This document shows positions 11,108-22,062 of a stretch of 26,247 nucleotides of DNA, in pieces. The stretch is from assembly GCF_006345805.1 (NCBI RefSeq), contig NW_021835623.1, positions 1-26,247 on the forward strand, written 5' to 3'. The notes beneath the pieces are model-generated. The model made no database searches. It had not been told where the DNA came from and saw nothing but the letters and a program-made list of their open reading frames with translations. This DNA is from Octopus sinensis. Its lineage: Eukaryota. Every line of letters starts with the position of its first letter. Position 1 is the first letter of the stretch. The translations under genes were made by a program, and so were the position numbers.

Positions 11108-11315
11108 GATAAATATCAATGTGAGTTATATACAGTAGCGGTAACACAACGTGACGTATTTTTGCCATTTCAATATGGCTAACCCCTAAGGGTGGATGCT
11201 ACTGTAGTTTTTAGCCCCAGGAGGACACACTCCTCCAGCTGGCCATAGACACACTTTCTGTGTCCTGTCAGTATTTGCAAAGGGAAGTCATCCTTCCCGT
11301 CTTCAACTTATGATA

Positions 11316-11360
11316 CACACGGACTCGAGTTTCGAGGTATTGACCTCTCGTCAGCGTGTG
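11316..11360 (-). ncRNA. Minimal type I hammerhead ribozyme (copy A, antisense)
   Basis: Exact reverse complement of 11478-11522. Confidence 0.92.
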
Positions 11361-11477
11361 ACAATCATAGTTGTCGCCGAGAATTAGATTTCCTTCACAA
11401 ATACTTATACTTTTTCCTGCGTCCACTGTCGCTGATATTGTGAAGGAAATCTAATTCTCGGCGACAACTATGATTGT

Positions 11478-11522
11478 CACACGCTGACGAGAGGTCAATA
11501 CCTCGAAACTCGAGTCCGTGTG
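11478..11522 (+). ncRNA. Minimal type I hammerhead ribozyme (copy B)
   Basis: CACACG-CTGACGA-GAGGT caat ACCTC-GAAA-C tcga G-TC-CGTGTG: stem I 6 bp, stem II 5 bp, intact core, GUC site, predicted cleavage after 11516. Confidence 0.93.
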
Positions 11523-11830
11523 TATCATAAGTTGAAGACGGGAAGGATGACTTCCCTTTGCAAATACTGACAGGACACAGAAAGTGTGTCTATGGCCAGC
11601 TGGAGGAGTGTGTCCTCCTGGGGCTAAAAACTACAGTAGCATCCACCCTTAGGGGTTAGCCATATTGAAATGGCAAAAATACGTCACGTTGTGATACCGC
11701 TACTGTATATAACTCACATTGATATTTATCATTGTTTGATTTCACTTTTTCAATATCAGCGACAGTGGACGCTGGAAAAAGTATAAGTATTTGTGAAGGA
11801 AATCTAATTCTCGGCGACAACTATGATTGT

Positions 11831-11875
11831 CACACGCTGACGAGAGGTCAATACCTCGAAACTCGAGTCCGTGTG
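11831..11875 (+). ncRNA. Minimal type I hammerhead ribozyme (copy C)
   Basis: Identical to copy B, 353 nt downstream; predicted cleavage after 11869. Confidence 0.93.
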
Positions 11876-12039
11876 TATCATAAGTTGAAGACGGGAAGGA
11901 TGACTTCCCTTTGCAAATACTGACAGGACACAGAAAGTGTGTCTATGGCCAGCTGGAGGAGTGTGTCCTCCTGGGGCTAAAATCTACAGTAGCATCCACC
12001 CTTAGGGGTTAGCCATATTGAATGGCAAAAATACGTCAC

Positions 12040-12040
<1 letters not shown>

Positions 12041-12111
<71 letters not shown>

Positions 12112-12125
12112 TATATATATATATA

Positions 12126-12201
<76 letters not shown>

Positions 12202-12330
12202 TATATATAGATATAGATAGATAGATATATAGATATAGATATGTATATATAGATATAGATAGATAGATATTAACATACACTGGCACAGGTGTGTGTATGT
12301 GTGTGTGTGTGTGTATGTGTGTGTGTGTAG
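12041..12330. repeat. (TA)n-(TAGA)n-(TG)n tract, right flank of the HHR element
   Basis: Direct reading. Confidence 0.95.
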
Positions 12331-13084
12331 CAAATGACAAGAGAAGAACTTATGGAATTATTTACTTTTGACATTTCCACATGTGTTTTCGTTGGAATAA
12401 AATATAATGATTAGGCTAAGTGATTCTAACATAACATTTCTACGTAAGATGAGCTAATGTATAAGTAAAGGCGTATATATCATCTGATCAGACGCATGAT
12501 ATGAAAGGTGGCGTATACGTAAAAATGATTTCAAACTGTTTTACGTAATCATAAGGTAATACTTTCTGAAACACGTGTAAAGAAATTATGAAATAATATT
12601 CTGTATATTTTCTCCTTTTTTTTTGCATTATTTATACTTACTCTATAATCATTATAGCATACAAACTTGTAACACTGAATTAATCGTGCCATAACACGAA
12701 TTTTTTTGCCAGAAAGTGGATTAACATTTTATAAATTTCTCATATATTTCGAGATATTCACTCACTTACAAAGAAAATGCATCTGACGAATTATTATAAA
12801 GCAGAGATCCGGTGTATTTTCTTAGGCAAGAGTTTCAGTAGCAGCGTCAAGTCGGAAAATGGTAGAGAAAATTGGTAGAGAAAAGTAACAAAAAAATTAG
12901 GATGTGTATCTACAAGCAACAGCAGTGGTAGCGTGGCTGTCATAGTGGTTGTATTGATAGTGGCAGCATTGATGTTGTTGGTGGTGGTCGTGCCTGAGGT
13001 ACCGGTATGGTTGTTGCAGTTGCGTCAGCAGTCACATTAGTAAGCAACATCCTCGCTAGAGGCAGCAACAGTAACAGGATTATC

Positions 13085-13085
13085 C

Positions 13086-13133
<48 letters not shown>

Positions 13134-13151
13134 TAGTAGTTGTTGTTGTTG

Positions 13152-13187
<36 letters not shown>

Positions 13188-13255
13188 ATTAGTAGTTGTA
13201 TTAGTAGTTGTATTAGTAGTAGTAGCAGCAGCAGCAGCAGGAGGAGGAGGAGGAG
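13085..13255. repeat. (TAG)n-(TTG)n-(CAG)n-(GAG)n compound microsatellite
   Basis: Direct reading. Confidence 0.92.
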
Positions 13256-13736
13256 AATCCATGAAAGTAAACACGACATCAGTGGTAACAATGGCGTTGG
13301 TGGTAGACGGCTAATCTCAGTCATTAGCTGAACTCCAATCGACCATAAACCTTAGAACTGAGTTTTCGAATGAGAATAGCGTTTTTGATCTGTAAGTTGC
13401 CGACATTGCGCTCTGTCATGCTCCAGGATGGTTGCGGATATATTCTTTTCGTTATCCCAATTCGAGTGCCTTTCCGGCGGAAAACGTACGTGTTGTAACG
13501 TGTTACTTCAACCGAATATGTTGAGGCCGAATCGGGCTGACACTGAAGCTGTTACTGCATTTAGCACGTTGTACTTGGTGCAATACATATGAGCATGGGC
13601 ACATGCTCGAATTGCAGATAGGGCAGTTGGTCAGCAAGTATTAATGGAATAATGTCCCAAAAGAGAATAATGTCCTAGGGACTCAGAAGAAGGATAGAAA
13701 GAGGGGATATGTATATAAATACCCACACACACACAC

Positions 13737-13774
<38 letters not shown>

Positions 13775-14436
13775 CACACACAAATACATAAACGTGTGTG
13801 TGGATCTCCAAGTTATCGTTAAAGAGAAAGAGTACTTTCACGTACGTGAATGTATATGTGTATATTTATGCACATGGATAGATAGATAGATAGATATGTA
13901 GATACATACATACATACATATATACATACATACATAAATAAATACACACATATATACATGCATGCATACATACATACATATACACATACATATGCATGCT
14001 TGTGTGTTCATGTGCATACGTGCACGTGTATTCGTTTGAGTGGATGCGTATAAACAAGTGGTATACAATTGCTGTGACGTTACTTCTTCCATTAAGCACA
14101 CGCATTACACATTCAGATGCACTCATTCGCATAAACATAGTCGCCCAATACTACACACTTCCAAACACACCCATTTATACATTACACAGAATAGACATGC
14201 CGTGGCATGGACACTCAGATACTCACACGCACGCACACACACACACATACATACACACACACGAGCATACATACACACATACATGTAGCTAGCACTTATC
14301 AGAGATGTTGATATAACAAAATCTGTGCCAGAAGACTTAAAGAATCTGATTCACTTCAGCTTTGATGTTTAGAGTAACGGAAGTAATGTTGAGCTAAACT
14401 ACAACGTGGACAGACGTCTTCTACATCATCGCCACG

Positions 14437-14487
<51 letters not shown>

Positions 14488-14500
14488 ATTATTATTATTA

Positions 14501-14547
<47 letters not shown>

Positions 14548-15085
14548 GAGTGAGAGAGCAGAGCATGCCATCAAAGTGACACTGGGGTAAAATATACGAA
14601 GCCCAGCATACCCATCATGACTACCCGTCTGATAAGGGTACACCAGGCACATGCATCACAACCATATGTGCTCGACATGGTGATCTCATATCAAGATAAA
14701 CAGCGCATGACCTTGCAGTTGGGGCCCAGTTATAATTTTCTTCAGTTCGAGTAACCCCGCTCAAAAGGTCCCTGAATAAAGGTTAAGGATGTTGAACAAA
14801 ACACCCATGTTTCCAGAAGTGAGTTATCCAAACCGCAAAGAATTCCTCTCAAAACATGGATATGGTGCTCCCCTACTACTTCTGCTCATGGTCAGAGATG
14901 CACATATCGTCAGCCCCTAAGGGACACGCTCAACTGGCTATGGACAAACAACTGACATGCAAATCTGTGGTATTGAGCAGAATATTTGCTGTAGCCCATT
15001 TTTTATACCAAGACAAAACAATGTACATAACACTTCCAATCAGTTAAGAAGCCATGAAAACCACTGCCTGGTACTGCATCAGGGC
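14548..15085. mobile_element. (TTA)n-embedded element, copy 2
   Basis: Same termini and body as the other copies; (TTA)n at 14438-14547 on the left, (TAC)n/(TTA)n on the right. Confidence 0.9.
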
Positions 15086-15091
15086 ATTAAT

Positions 15092-15146
<55 letters not shown>

Positions 15147-15179
15147 GCTGCTGCTGCTACTACTGCTACTACAACTACA

Positions 15180-15234
<55 letters not shown>

Positions 15235-15589
15235 TTATTATTATTATTGTTATTGTTATTATTATTATTATGTGCTATCTAAAGACGACCAGCACCAACA
15301 GTTTTATACCATCACCATTGCACCACTATCTCTAATCCACCTCCCCTAAACGCTAGCACCATTCTGTTCACTTCGACCAACCAACACAAATACTTATAGC
15401 ACTATTTCTTAATATTACATTACAAACACTACGACAGTAATGCTGTACCAGCACCACTATACTATCTCCTGTACCACCAATTTTTTTCACACTGCCACTT
15501 CGCCAATACCGTTATTCCAGCGTCACTACATTTTAGCCATTTCGCCATCGACGCCGCCCCCCACGAACGTTGCCACCATCACCATCACC

Positions 15590-16895
15590 ACCACCACTCA
15601 CATCAACAACATTACCACTACCTCTGCTTCATTTGCACCGCCACTACTACCACCATGAACCACCATCATCACCATCACCCACAAACACTCCTGCCAGCAA
15701 CACCACCGCCACCACTTTACCATCACTACAAACCACCAACACTACCACAACAACCATCACCACCACTACCACCACAACCATCACCACTATCACCACTCCC
15801 ACCATCATTACCACCATCACCACCACCACCATTCCCACTATTATCACCACTAGCACTATCAACATCACCACTAGCACTATCACCACCACCACCACCACCA
15901 CCATCATTACACCATCACCACCACTACTATCCCCACTATCACCACCATCATCAGCACCATCACCATTACCACTATCACCACCACCACCATCATTACCACC
16001 ACTACTACCATCATCACCACCACCACCACCACAATCATCACCACAACCGCCACCACCATCAGCACCATCACCCACACCACTACCGCCACTTCTGTCACCA
16101 TCATCCCTACAACCTACCACAACCACCACTAGTACAGTATTCTATCACCACCAACATCACCACCACTACTACCATTACCACACTACTACCATCCCCACAT
16201 TATTACCACTACCACAACCATCACCATATCCATCAACAATACCGCCCCTACCATCACCACCATTATTACCATTCGCACCACGACCATCATCACAACCACC
16301 ACTGACACCACCATCGATACCACCACCATCAATACAACCACCACCACCATTTCCACCATTACCATTTCCACCATCACCACAACCACCACTGACAAAACCA
16401 CACTTACCAACACCATCACCATTTCCACCATTACCATTCGCACCACCACCATCATCACAACCACCACTGACACCGCCACCAATACCACCACCATCACCAC
16501 CACCACCATCGCCACAACCTCCACTATTTCCCAATCCCTACCACCATCACCAACATCATTACTATTTCTACCACCACCATCACCACAACCACAACTATTT
16601 CCCAATACCACCACCATCACCAACATCATTACCATTCTTACCACCACCATCATCACAACCACCACTGACACCACCACCACCGTCACCATCACCGTTACCA
16701 CCACTAAATCCCAATCCCCACCACCATCACCACCATCACCACCACCTCTACCATCACCACCATCATTACCATTCGCACCACCACCACCATCATCACAACT
16801 ACCACTGACACCACCACCTCTACCATTACAATCTCCGCTCTCATCACCACCATCACATCCACTACCAAAACATTTACCACCACCACCACCACCAC
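15590..16895. repeat. (CAC/CAT)-rich degenerate tract with higher-order duplicated blocks
   Basis: Variants of ccattaccattcgcacc...catcatcacaaccaccactgacacc recur at ~16260, ~16430, ~16630 and ~16765. Confidence 0.85.
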
Positions 16896-17084
16896 CCAGC
16901 AAGATATTACTAATATGTTCTGGCTAACTGCCAAAACTGTATATTTTCCATTTTCCCATCAATTCTTGTCATTCCAACTTAACTTTCGTTTCGTTACATT
17001 ACTCTCCCGCCAACTACACCCCGCTAATACCATCACAAAATATTCCAGCAGCGAGTGCAAAGAGAGATAGCAGAAAAACTACCT

Positions 17085-17118
17085 CACAGTACTACTACTG
17101 CTACTACTACTACTACTA

Positions 17119-17159
<41 letters not shown>

Positions 17160-17161
17160 TA

Positions 17162-17205
<44 letters not shown>

Positions 17206-17227
17206 TGATGATAACAACAACAACAAC

Positions 17228-17309
<82 letters not shown>

Positions 17310-17310
17310 C
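17085..17310. repeat. (TAC)n-(AAT)n microsatellites
   Basis: Direct reading. Confidence 0.95.
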
Positions 17311-17361
17311 AATAAGTTTTTCATCTTTTATTTCTTCAGCAATATTGTTATTTATTTATTG

Positions 17362-17581
17362 CGCAGAGAGGGCTAAACACAGAGAGGACAAACAAGGACA
17401 GATAAACAGATTAAGTCGATTATATCGACCTCAGTGCATGACTGGTACTTATTTAATTGACCCCTGAAAGGATGAAAGGCAAAGTCGACCTCGGCTGAAT
17501 TTGAATTCAGAACGTAACGACAGCCGAAATACCGCTAAGGATTTCGCCTGACGTGCTAACGATTCTGCCACTTCGCCGCCC

Positions 17582-17582
<1 letters not shown>
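17362..17582 (-). mobile_element. SINE copy
   Basis: Highly similar to 1855-2070. Confidence 0.88.
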
Positions 17583-17616
<34 letters not shown>

Positions 17617-18165
17617 GAGTGAGAGAGCAGTGCATGCCATCAAAGTGACACTGGGGTAAAATATACGAAGCCCAATATACCCATCATGACTACCCGTCTG
17701 ATAAGGGTACACCAGGCACATGCATCACAACCAGATGTGCGCGACATGGTGATCTCATATCAAGATAAACAGCACATGACCTTGCAGTTGGGGCCCAGTT
17801 AGAATTTTCTTCAGGTTGAGTAGCCCATCCCGCTCAAAAGGTCCCTGAATAAGGGTTGTTTAAGGATGTTGAAAGAACCACCCATGTTTCCAGAGGTGAA
17901 TTATTCAAACCCCAAAGAATCCCTCTCAACACATGGCTATGATGCTCTCCCACTACTTCTGCTCGTGATCAGAGCTGCACATATCGTCAGCCACTAAGGG
18001 ACATGCTCAACTGGTTAAGGTCAAACAACTGACAAGCAAATCTGTGGTATTGAGCAGAATATTTGCTGTAGCCCATCTTTTAAACAAAGAAAAAACAATG
18101 TACATGATAACACTTCCAATCAGTTAAGATCAGAAGCCATGAGAGCCACTGCCTGGTACTGCATC
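17617..18165. mobile_element. (TTA)n-embedded element, copy 3 (most complete)
   Basis: Flanked by (TTA)n on both sides. Confidence 0.9.
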
Positions 18166-18173
18166 TTGTTATA

Positions 18174-18235
<62 letters not shown>

Positions 18236-18270
18236 CATTGTCATTATTATTATTATTATTATTATCATTG

Positions 18271-18304
<34 letters not shown>

Positions 18305-18695
18305 TCAGTGAAAGAAAATCGCATGCCATCAAAGTAACACAGTGGTACAGATATACGAAACCTAATATACCCATAATGACTACCCATCTGATAAAGGTAC
18401 GCCAAGCACCCGCATCACAACCATGTGTGCATCATGATGATCTCATATCAAGATAAACAGTGCATGACCTTGCAGGTGGGGCCCAAAGATATTCCTCTCA
18501 ACACATGGCTATGATGGATCCCCCACTACTCCTGTTCGTGATCAGAGATGCGCATATCGTCAGCCACGGTACTGAGCAGAATATTTGCTGTAGCCCATCT
18601 TGTATACTGTGACAAAACATATACCTGTTAGCACTCATGATCAGTTAAAATCAGAAACCATGAGAACCAATGCCGTATATATTAGTGCATCAGGA
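18305..18695. mobile_element. (TTA)n-embedded element, copy 4 (older, internal deletions)
   Basis: Both termini recognisable; separated from copy 3 only by (TTA)n at 18166-18302. Confidence 0.85.
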
Positions 18696-18711
18696 TATTA
18701 TTATTGTTATT

Positions 18712-19085
18712 GGTGGCGAGATGGCAAAAACGTTAGCACGCCTGGCGAAATGCTTAGTGGTATTTCGTCTATCTTTACGTTCTGACTTCAAATTCCACAG
18801 AGGTTGACTTTGCCTTTCATCCTTTCAGGGTCGATAAATTAAGTACCAGTTGTGTACTGGGATCGATCTAATCGACTGGCCCCCTCCCCAAAAGTTTCAG
18901 GCCTTGTGCCTAGAGTAGAAAAGAATCGTTAGCACGGCGGGCGAAAAGCTTAATGTTATTTCGTCTATCTTCACACTCTGACTTCAAATTCCGGCGAGGT
19001 CGACTTTGCATTTCATCCTTTCGGGGTCGACAAAATAAGTACCAGTAGTGAACTGGGGTCCATGAAATTGACTTATCCCCCTAAA
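18712..19085 (+). mobile_element. Two tandem SINE copies
   Basis: cgttagcacg..ggcgaaa...ctgacttcaaattcc...ggtcga.aaa.taagtaccagt occurs twice (starting ~18712 and ~18922). Confidence 0.85.
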
Positions 19086-19087
19086 GG

Positions 19088-20400
19088 TTACTATGTCCTA
19101 GTGGCAGTTTGTCATTCATTTCCAGGTAGCTATTCACATAATTAGATATTATTCCTCTCATAAGCTTCCACATCAAGGGCAAGTAGGTGATAGGCCAGTA
19201 ATTATCCTTTTGGCTAAGAATTGTTTTACCTGTGGTCAGCCACTTTGGGATTTGTACACCATTGTTTATCATGTTATCAATTGGCGTGGCTATTCTGTGT
19301 AATGCTGGGAAATTTTTCTGCCAATGTCCTTGCACCTCATTTGATTCTGGACATTTCCAGTTTGGGATCTTTGGTATTTGTTCGGTTACCATTTCAGTCA
19401 ATATTCTAATATTACTCTATTACTCTATCTCTTGATCTTTGTCGCTTTAGCCTACAATTTTGTGTCAGCTCTTCAGGAGCTACATTCAATCCCCTTTTCT
19501 TTATCCTATGTCTACGTTCTACTTCCTGATATTTCTCCTCCCTCTTGATTTCACTTTTCTTTCTTTCTTTCTAAGATGTTGATATGTTTTCGTAGTTCGT
19601 TCATCGATTGTTTTATTCTTCCTTTCCTTCAAGGTTCTTTTTCTTCATTCCTACATTTACGGTTTGGTTTGAGGCCTACTTTATTTCCGATAGAGATGAT
19701 GCAGGCTTTAATCAATCTATTCGTTCCGGCTAAATTATTTGTCGTGATTTCTTTCAGTATTTTATTCACCTTAAGGGTTCACCCGCTGAGCAAATTTCTA
19801 TCTACTTTCCTGAATCCATTTATTTAGATATCCAGGGCTTGAGACATTATACTTCTCCCGGTTAATCTCATTAAGTGCAGCATCGTTAGCATTCTCTGTA
19901 TCTGCTTCTGCATCGCTCCACATGTTTCCGGTCATCACCTTCCTCCTAATCTCATCGAGCTCTAGTACTGTTAGTCATCCTTTCTTTCTTATTGCTCTTA
20001 CCTGGTCACAGAGTCTCCATCTATGCGCTATGCATCTTCTTTATAGATCCTCTTATGAGTCTCCCTTCATTATCAGTGAGTCTACTAAAAAAATAACATT
20101 CTATGATAGCTAGAATCATCGTTTTAGTCCATTTAGTTCTAACAGCCGTATATTGACGACTGGACCTGTGCTGCTCACCCACAGGGTACCAGCCGGACGA
20201 AAATCCGTCACTTGTGGTTCCGTCCTCATTTACGCCGTTGTTTGTGTTAATTCTATTATTCACTACACTCATGCAGAGAGAAGTATTGATAAGGTGTCAC
20301 AACCACCATTATTTTTATCGAGACACCATTTCTAGAAAGGTTTGTCTAAAAAATCTCAAAGAGGCCCTTTTCCCCCTTAAAAGTTTCAGTGAGCTGCCCT
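19088..20400 (-). mobile_element. Degraded 5' part of an R4/Dong-like non-LTR retrotransposon
   Basis: Fragments KWTKTMILAIIECYFFSR, RLCDQVRAIRKKGWLTVLELDEIRRK, ELRKHINILERK, RIKKRGLNV and IPNWKCP..EVQGHW.K.F..LHRIA...IPKWLTTGKTIL.QKDNYWPITYLPLMWKLMRGII. These resemble the N-terminal and pre-RT region of R4/Dong-type ORFs as I recall them; many stops and frameshifts. Confidence 0.75.
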
Positions 20401-20639
20401 TGTTGTTGTTGTTGTTGTTGTTCTTGCTTTTTACACCTCAGAGCGTTCGATCTTGTTTGCATTGGTGGATTCTGAGAGAGTGGACAACAACCTGTTGCCA
20501 AAGGTCTCACAAGGTCTCTTTTCGCACATTATAACATTTGATAATTGGTTGTTAATTATTATGGGAGACATTTAACATCCAAGGACCAATCTCAAATTTT
20601 TAGATATCCCCAGCAGAACAGTTTGGGGGGCTTGCTCTG

Positions 20640-21060
20640 CTCTCATGTCAATTCCGATTTCTCTGACATGTTTCTCGAACTTGGGCAGGTGTCCTCTACT
20701 ATATCCTCTGGCCGGCAAAAAATAAAGTCAGAAATTAGTTACGTATCAATTACACAGTTGGTTATTAACAAGTCTGCGGATAGAATTCTGAGTAATGTCT
20801 GCTGTGCTTGACAAATTCCCAAATCCATATTGAAATTATTCGAGTCTTGGAGCATCAAATTTTTTCTCTTTGTAACAAAGAAGAGTATGCAACATGCAAT
20901 CGAAATTGCAGCTTGTATAAAGTGAAGCCGAGGACAAACTTTTGTAACTTGAGGTTAGTTAACTTAGTGTTCTTTAAGGACCATATATACTTGGACAATG
21001 TTGTGTCACGTCTTTTTCAAGTGAATATTTAGGGCCGTGAACCACAACTCTCATAAAGGG
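20640..21060 (-). pseudogene. Decayed Penelope-like GIY-YIG endonuclease C-terminal relic
   Basis: TTLSKYIWSLK at 21004-20972, LLCYKEKKF near 20885-20857 in another frame, and an HHR 3'-half-like GAAACATGTC at 20674-20665. Confidence 0.5.
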
Positions 21061-21699
21061 ACAGCCGGTAAGGTAATAACAGTTATTTTCGAAGAGAGGA
21101 TCGTACTGCTTGAGTGAAATACTTTCCTGGTGTTAAAATTGCTGGTAGAGACTACAACAATATCAAGATTTTAAAATGTCTGTACTAAAAGATTTACCGG
21201 AAAGTTTCAAGTTGTAAGGTAATGAACCATTAAATTAAAAAGCGAGGTAAACCATAGAAAGTTCTAACTCAATTTTTGCATTCATAGACATTGGTTTCAT
21301 TTTTAATGTAATAAATATTTTCTATGTAGCAGCTGTGGGATGATGTTTGATTATAATGGTGTGCAACGCTATTTAAGATGGCCTCCACACACACACACAC
21401 ACACCACACGCATATATATTTATATACATATATATATATGCATAGAGATGCATATGTATATATACAGACATACACACACACACACATATATATACATATA
21501 TATTTGCATATATATATATATACATAAAAATGCATATATGTGTGTGTTTTTAGTGTGTTTGTGCGTGCGTGTGTGTGTGTGCATGCGCACACACAATTGG
21601 ACATGCAGATAAACAGAAGCACACTCATAGATACGTACAGGTGTGTCGATTATATAAAGTACATAATATTCAGCATTATTGATGTTTGTGATTGCAACA

Positions 21700-21740
<41 letters not shown>

Positions 21741-21778
21741 AAAAGTTACAACTCAATAATTTATTTTCTTTCTTTTCA

Positions 21779-21785
21779 GGTAAGT
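21779..21785 (+). other. Juxtaposed 3' and 5' splice-site motif (pyrimidine tract-CAG|GTAAGT)
   Basis: ttattttctttcttttcag|gtaagt with AG at 21778-21779. Confidence 0.3.
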
Positions 21786-21995
21786 GTCCAATATCTTCTA
21801 TCTAATTATTGGTAAATATATGCTGCCAGTCTTGGTGATGTCTGTCCAGTTATTAGAAGGTTCCGTAAGTAAACAGACCGTCTAAGATGATAAACAATTT
21901 CGTTTTGAATATTAGCACAATATGGTTTGTATGATAGAGTGCATGAATATATACGTATGTCCGTATGTACATCACTTATGTGCATATATATATAT

Positions 21996-22062
<67 letters not shown>

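Larger units (their letters stand above)
11105..12041 (+). mobile_element. Retrozyme-like / non-autonomous Penelope-like element: inverted unit + 353-bp unit + partial unit
   Basis: 11105-11440 is the reverse complement of 336 nt of the unit. The full unit is 11441-11793 and a partial unit is 11794-12041. I see only 3 differences among copies. (TA)n on both sides; no ORF of note. Confidence 0.9.

Noticed and set aside
11732-11923. 63-aa ORF across the 353-bp unit
   Set aside because: Non-ATG start, spans the unit junction and ribozyme; sequence constraint is better explained by RNA structure.
13310-13660. Unique, relatively CpG-rich segment; minus frame gives CPICNSSMCPC
   Set aside because: Short frames with stops, no clear splice sites and no recognisable zinc-finger spacing.
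15570-16808. 412-aa Pro/Thr/His-rich ORF and the overlapping ORFs
   Set aside because: The CAC/CAT tract is open in several frames on both strands; low complexity, no domain and no splice context.
17880-17990. CTGACGA...GAAAC on the minus strand of the (TTA)n-embedded element
   Set aside because: No stem II closing pairs and no UH cleavage site, so it is not a hammerhead.
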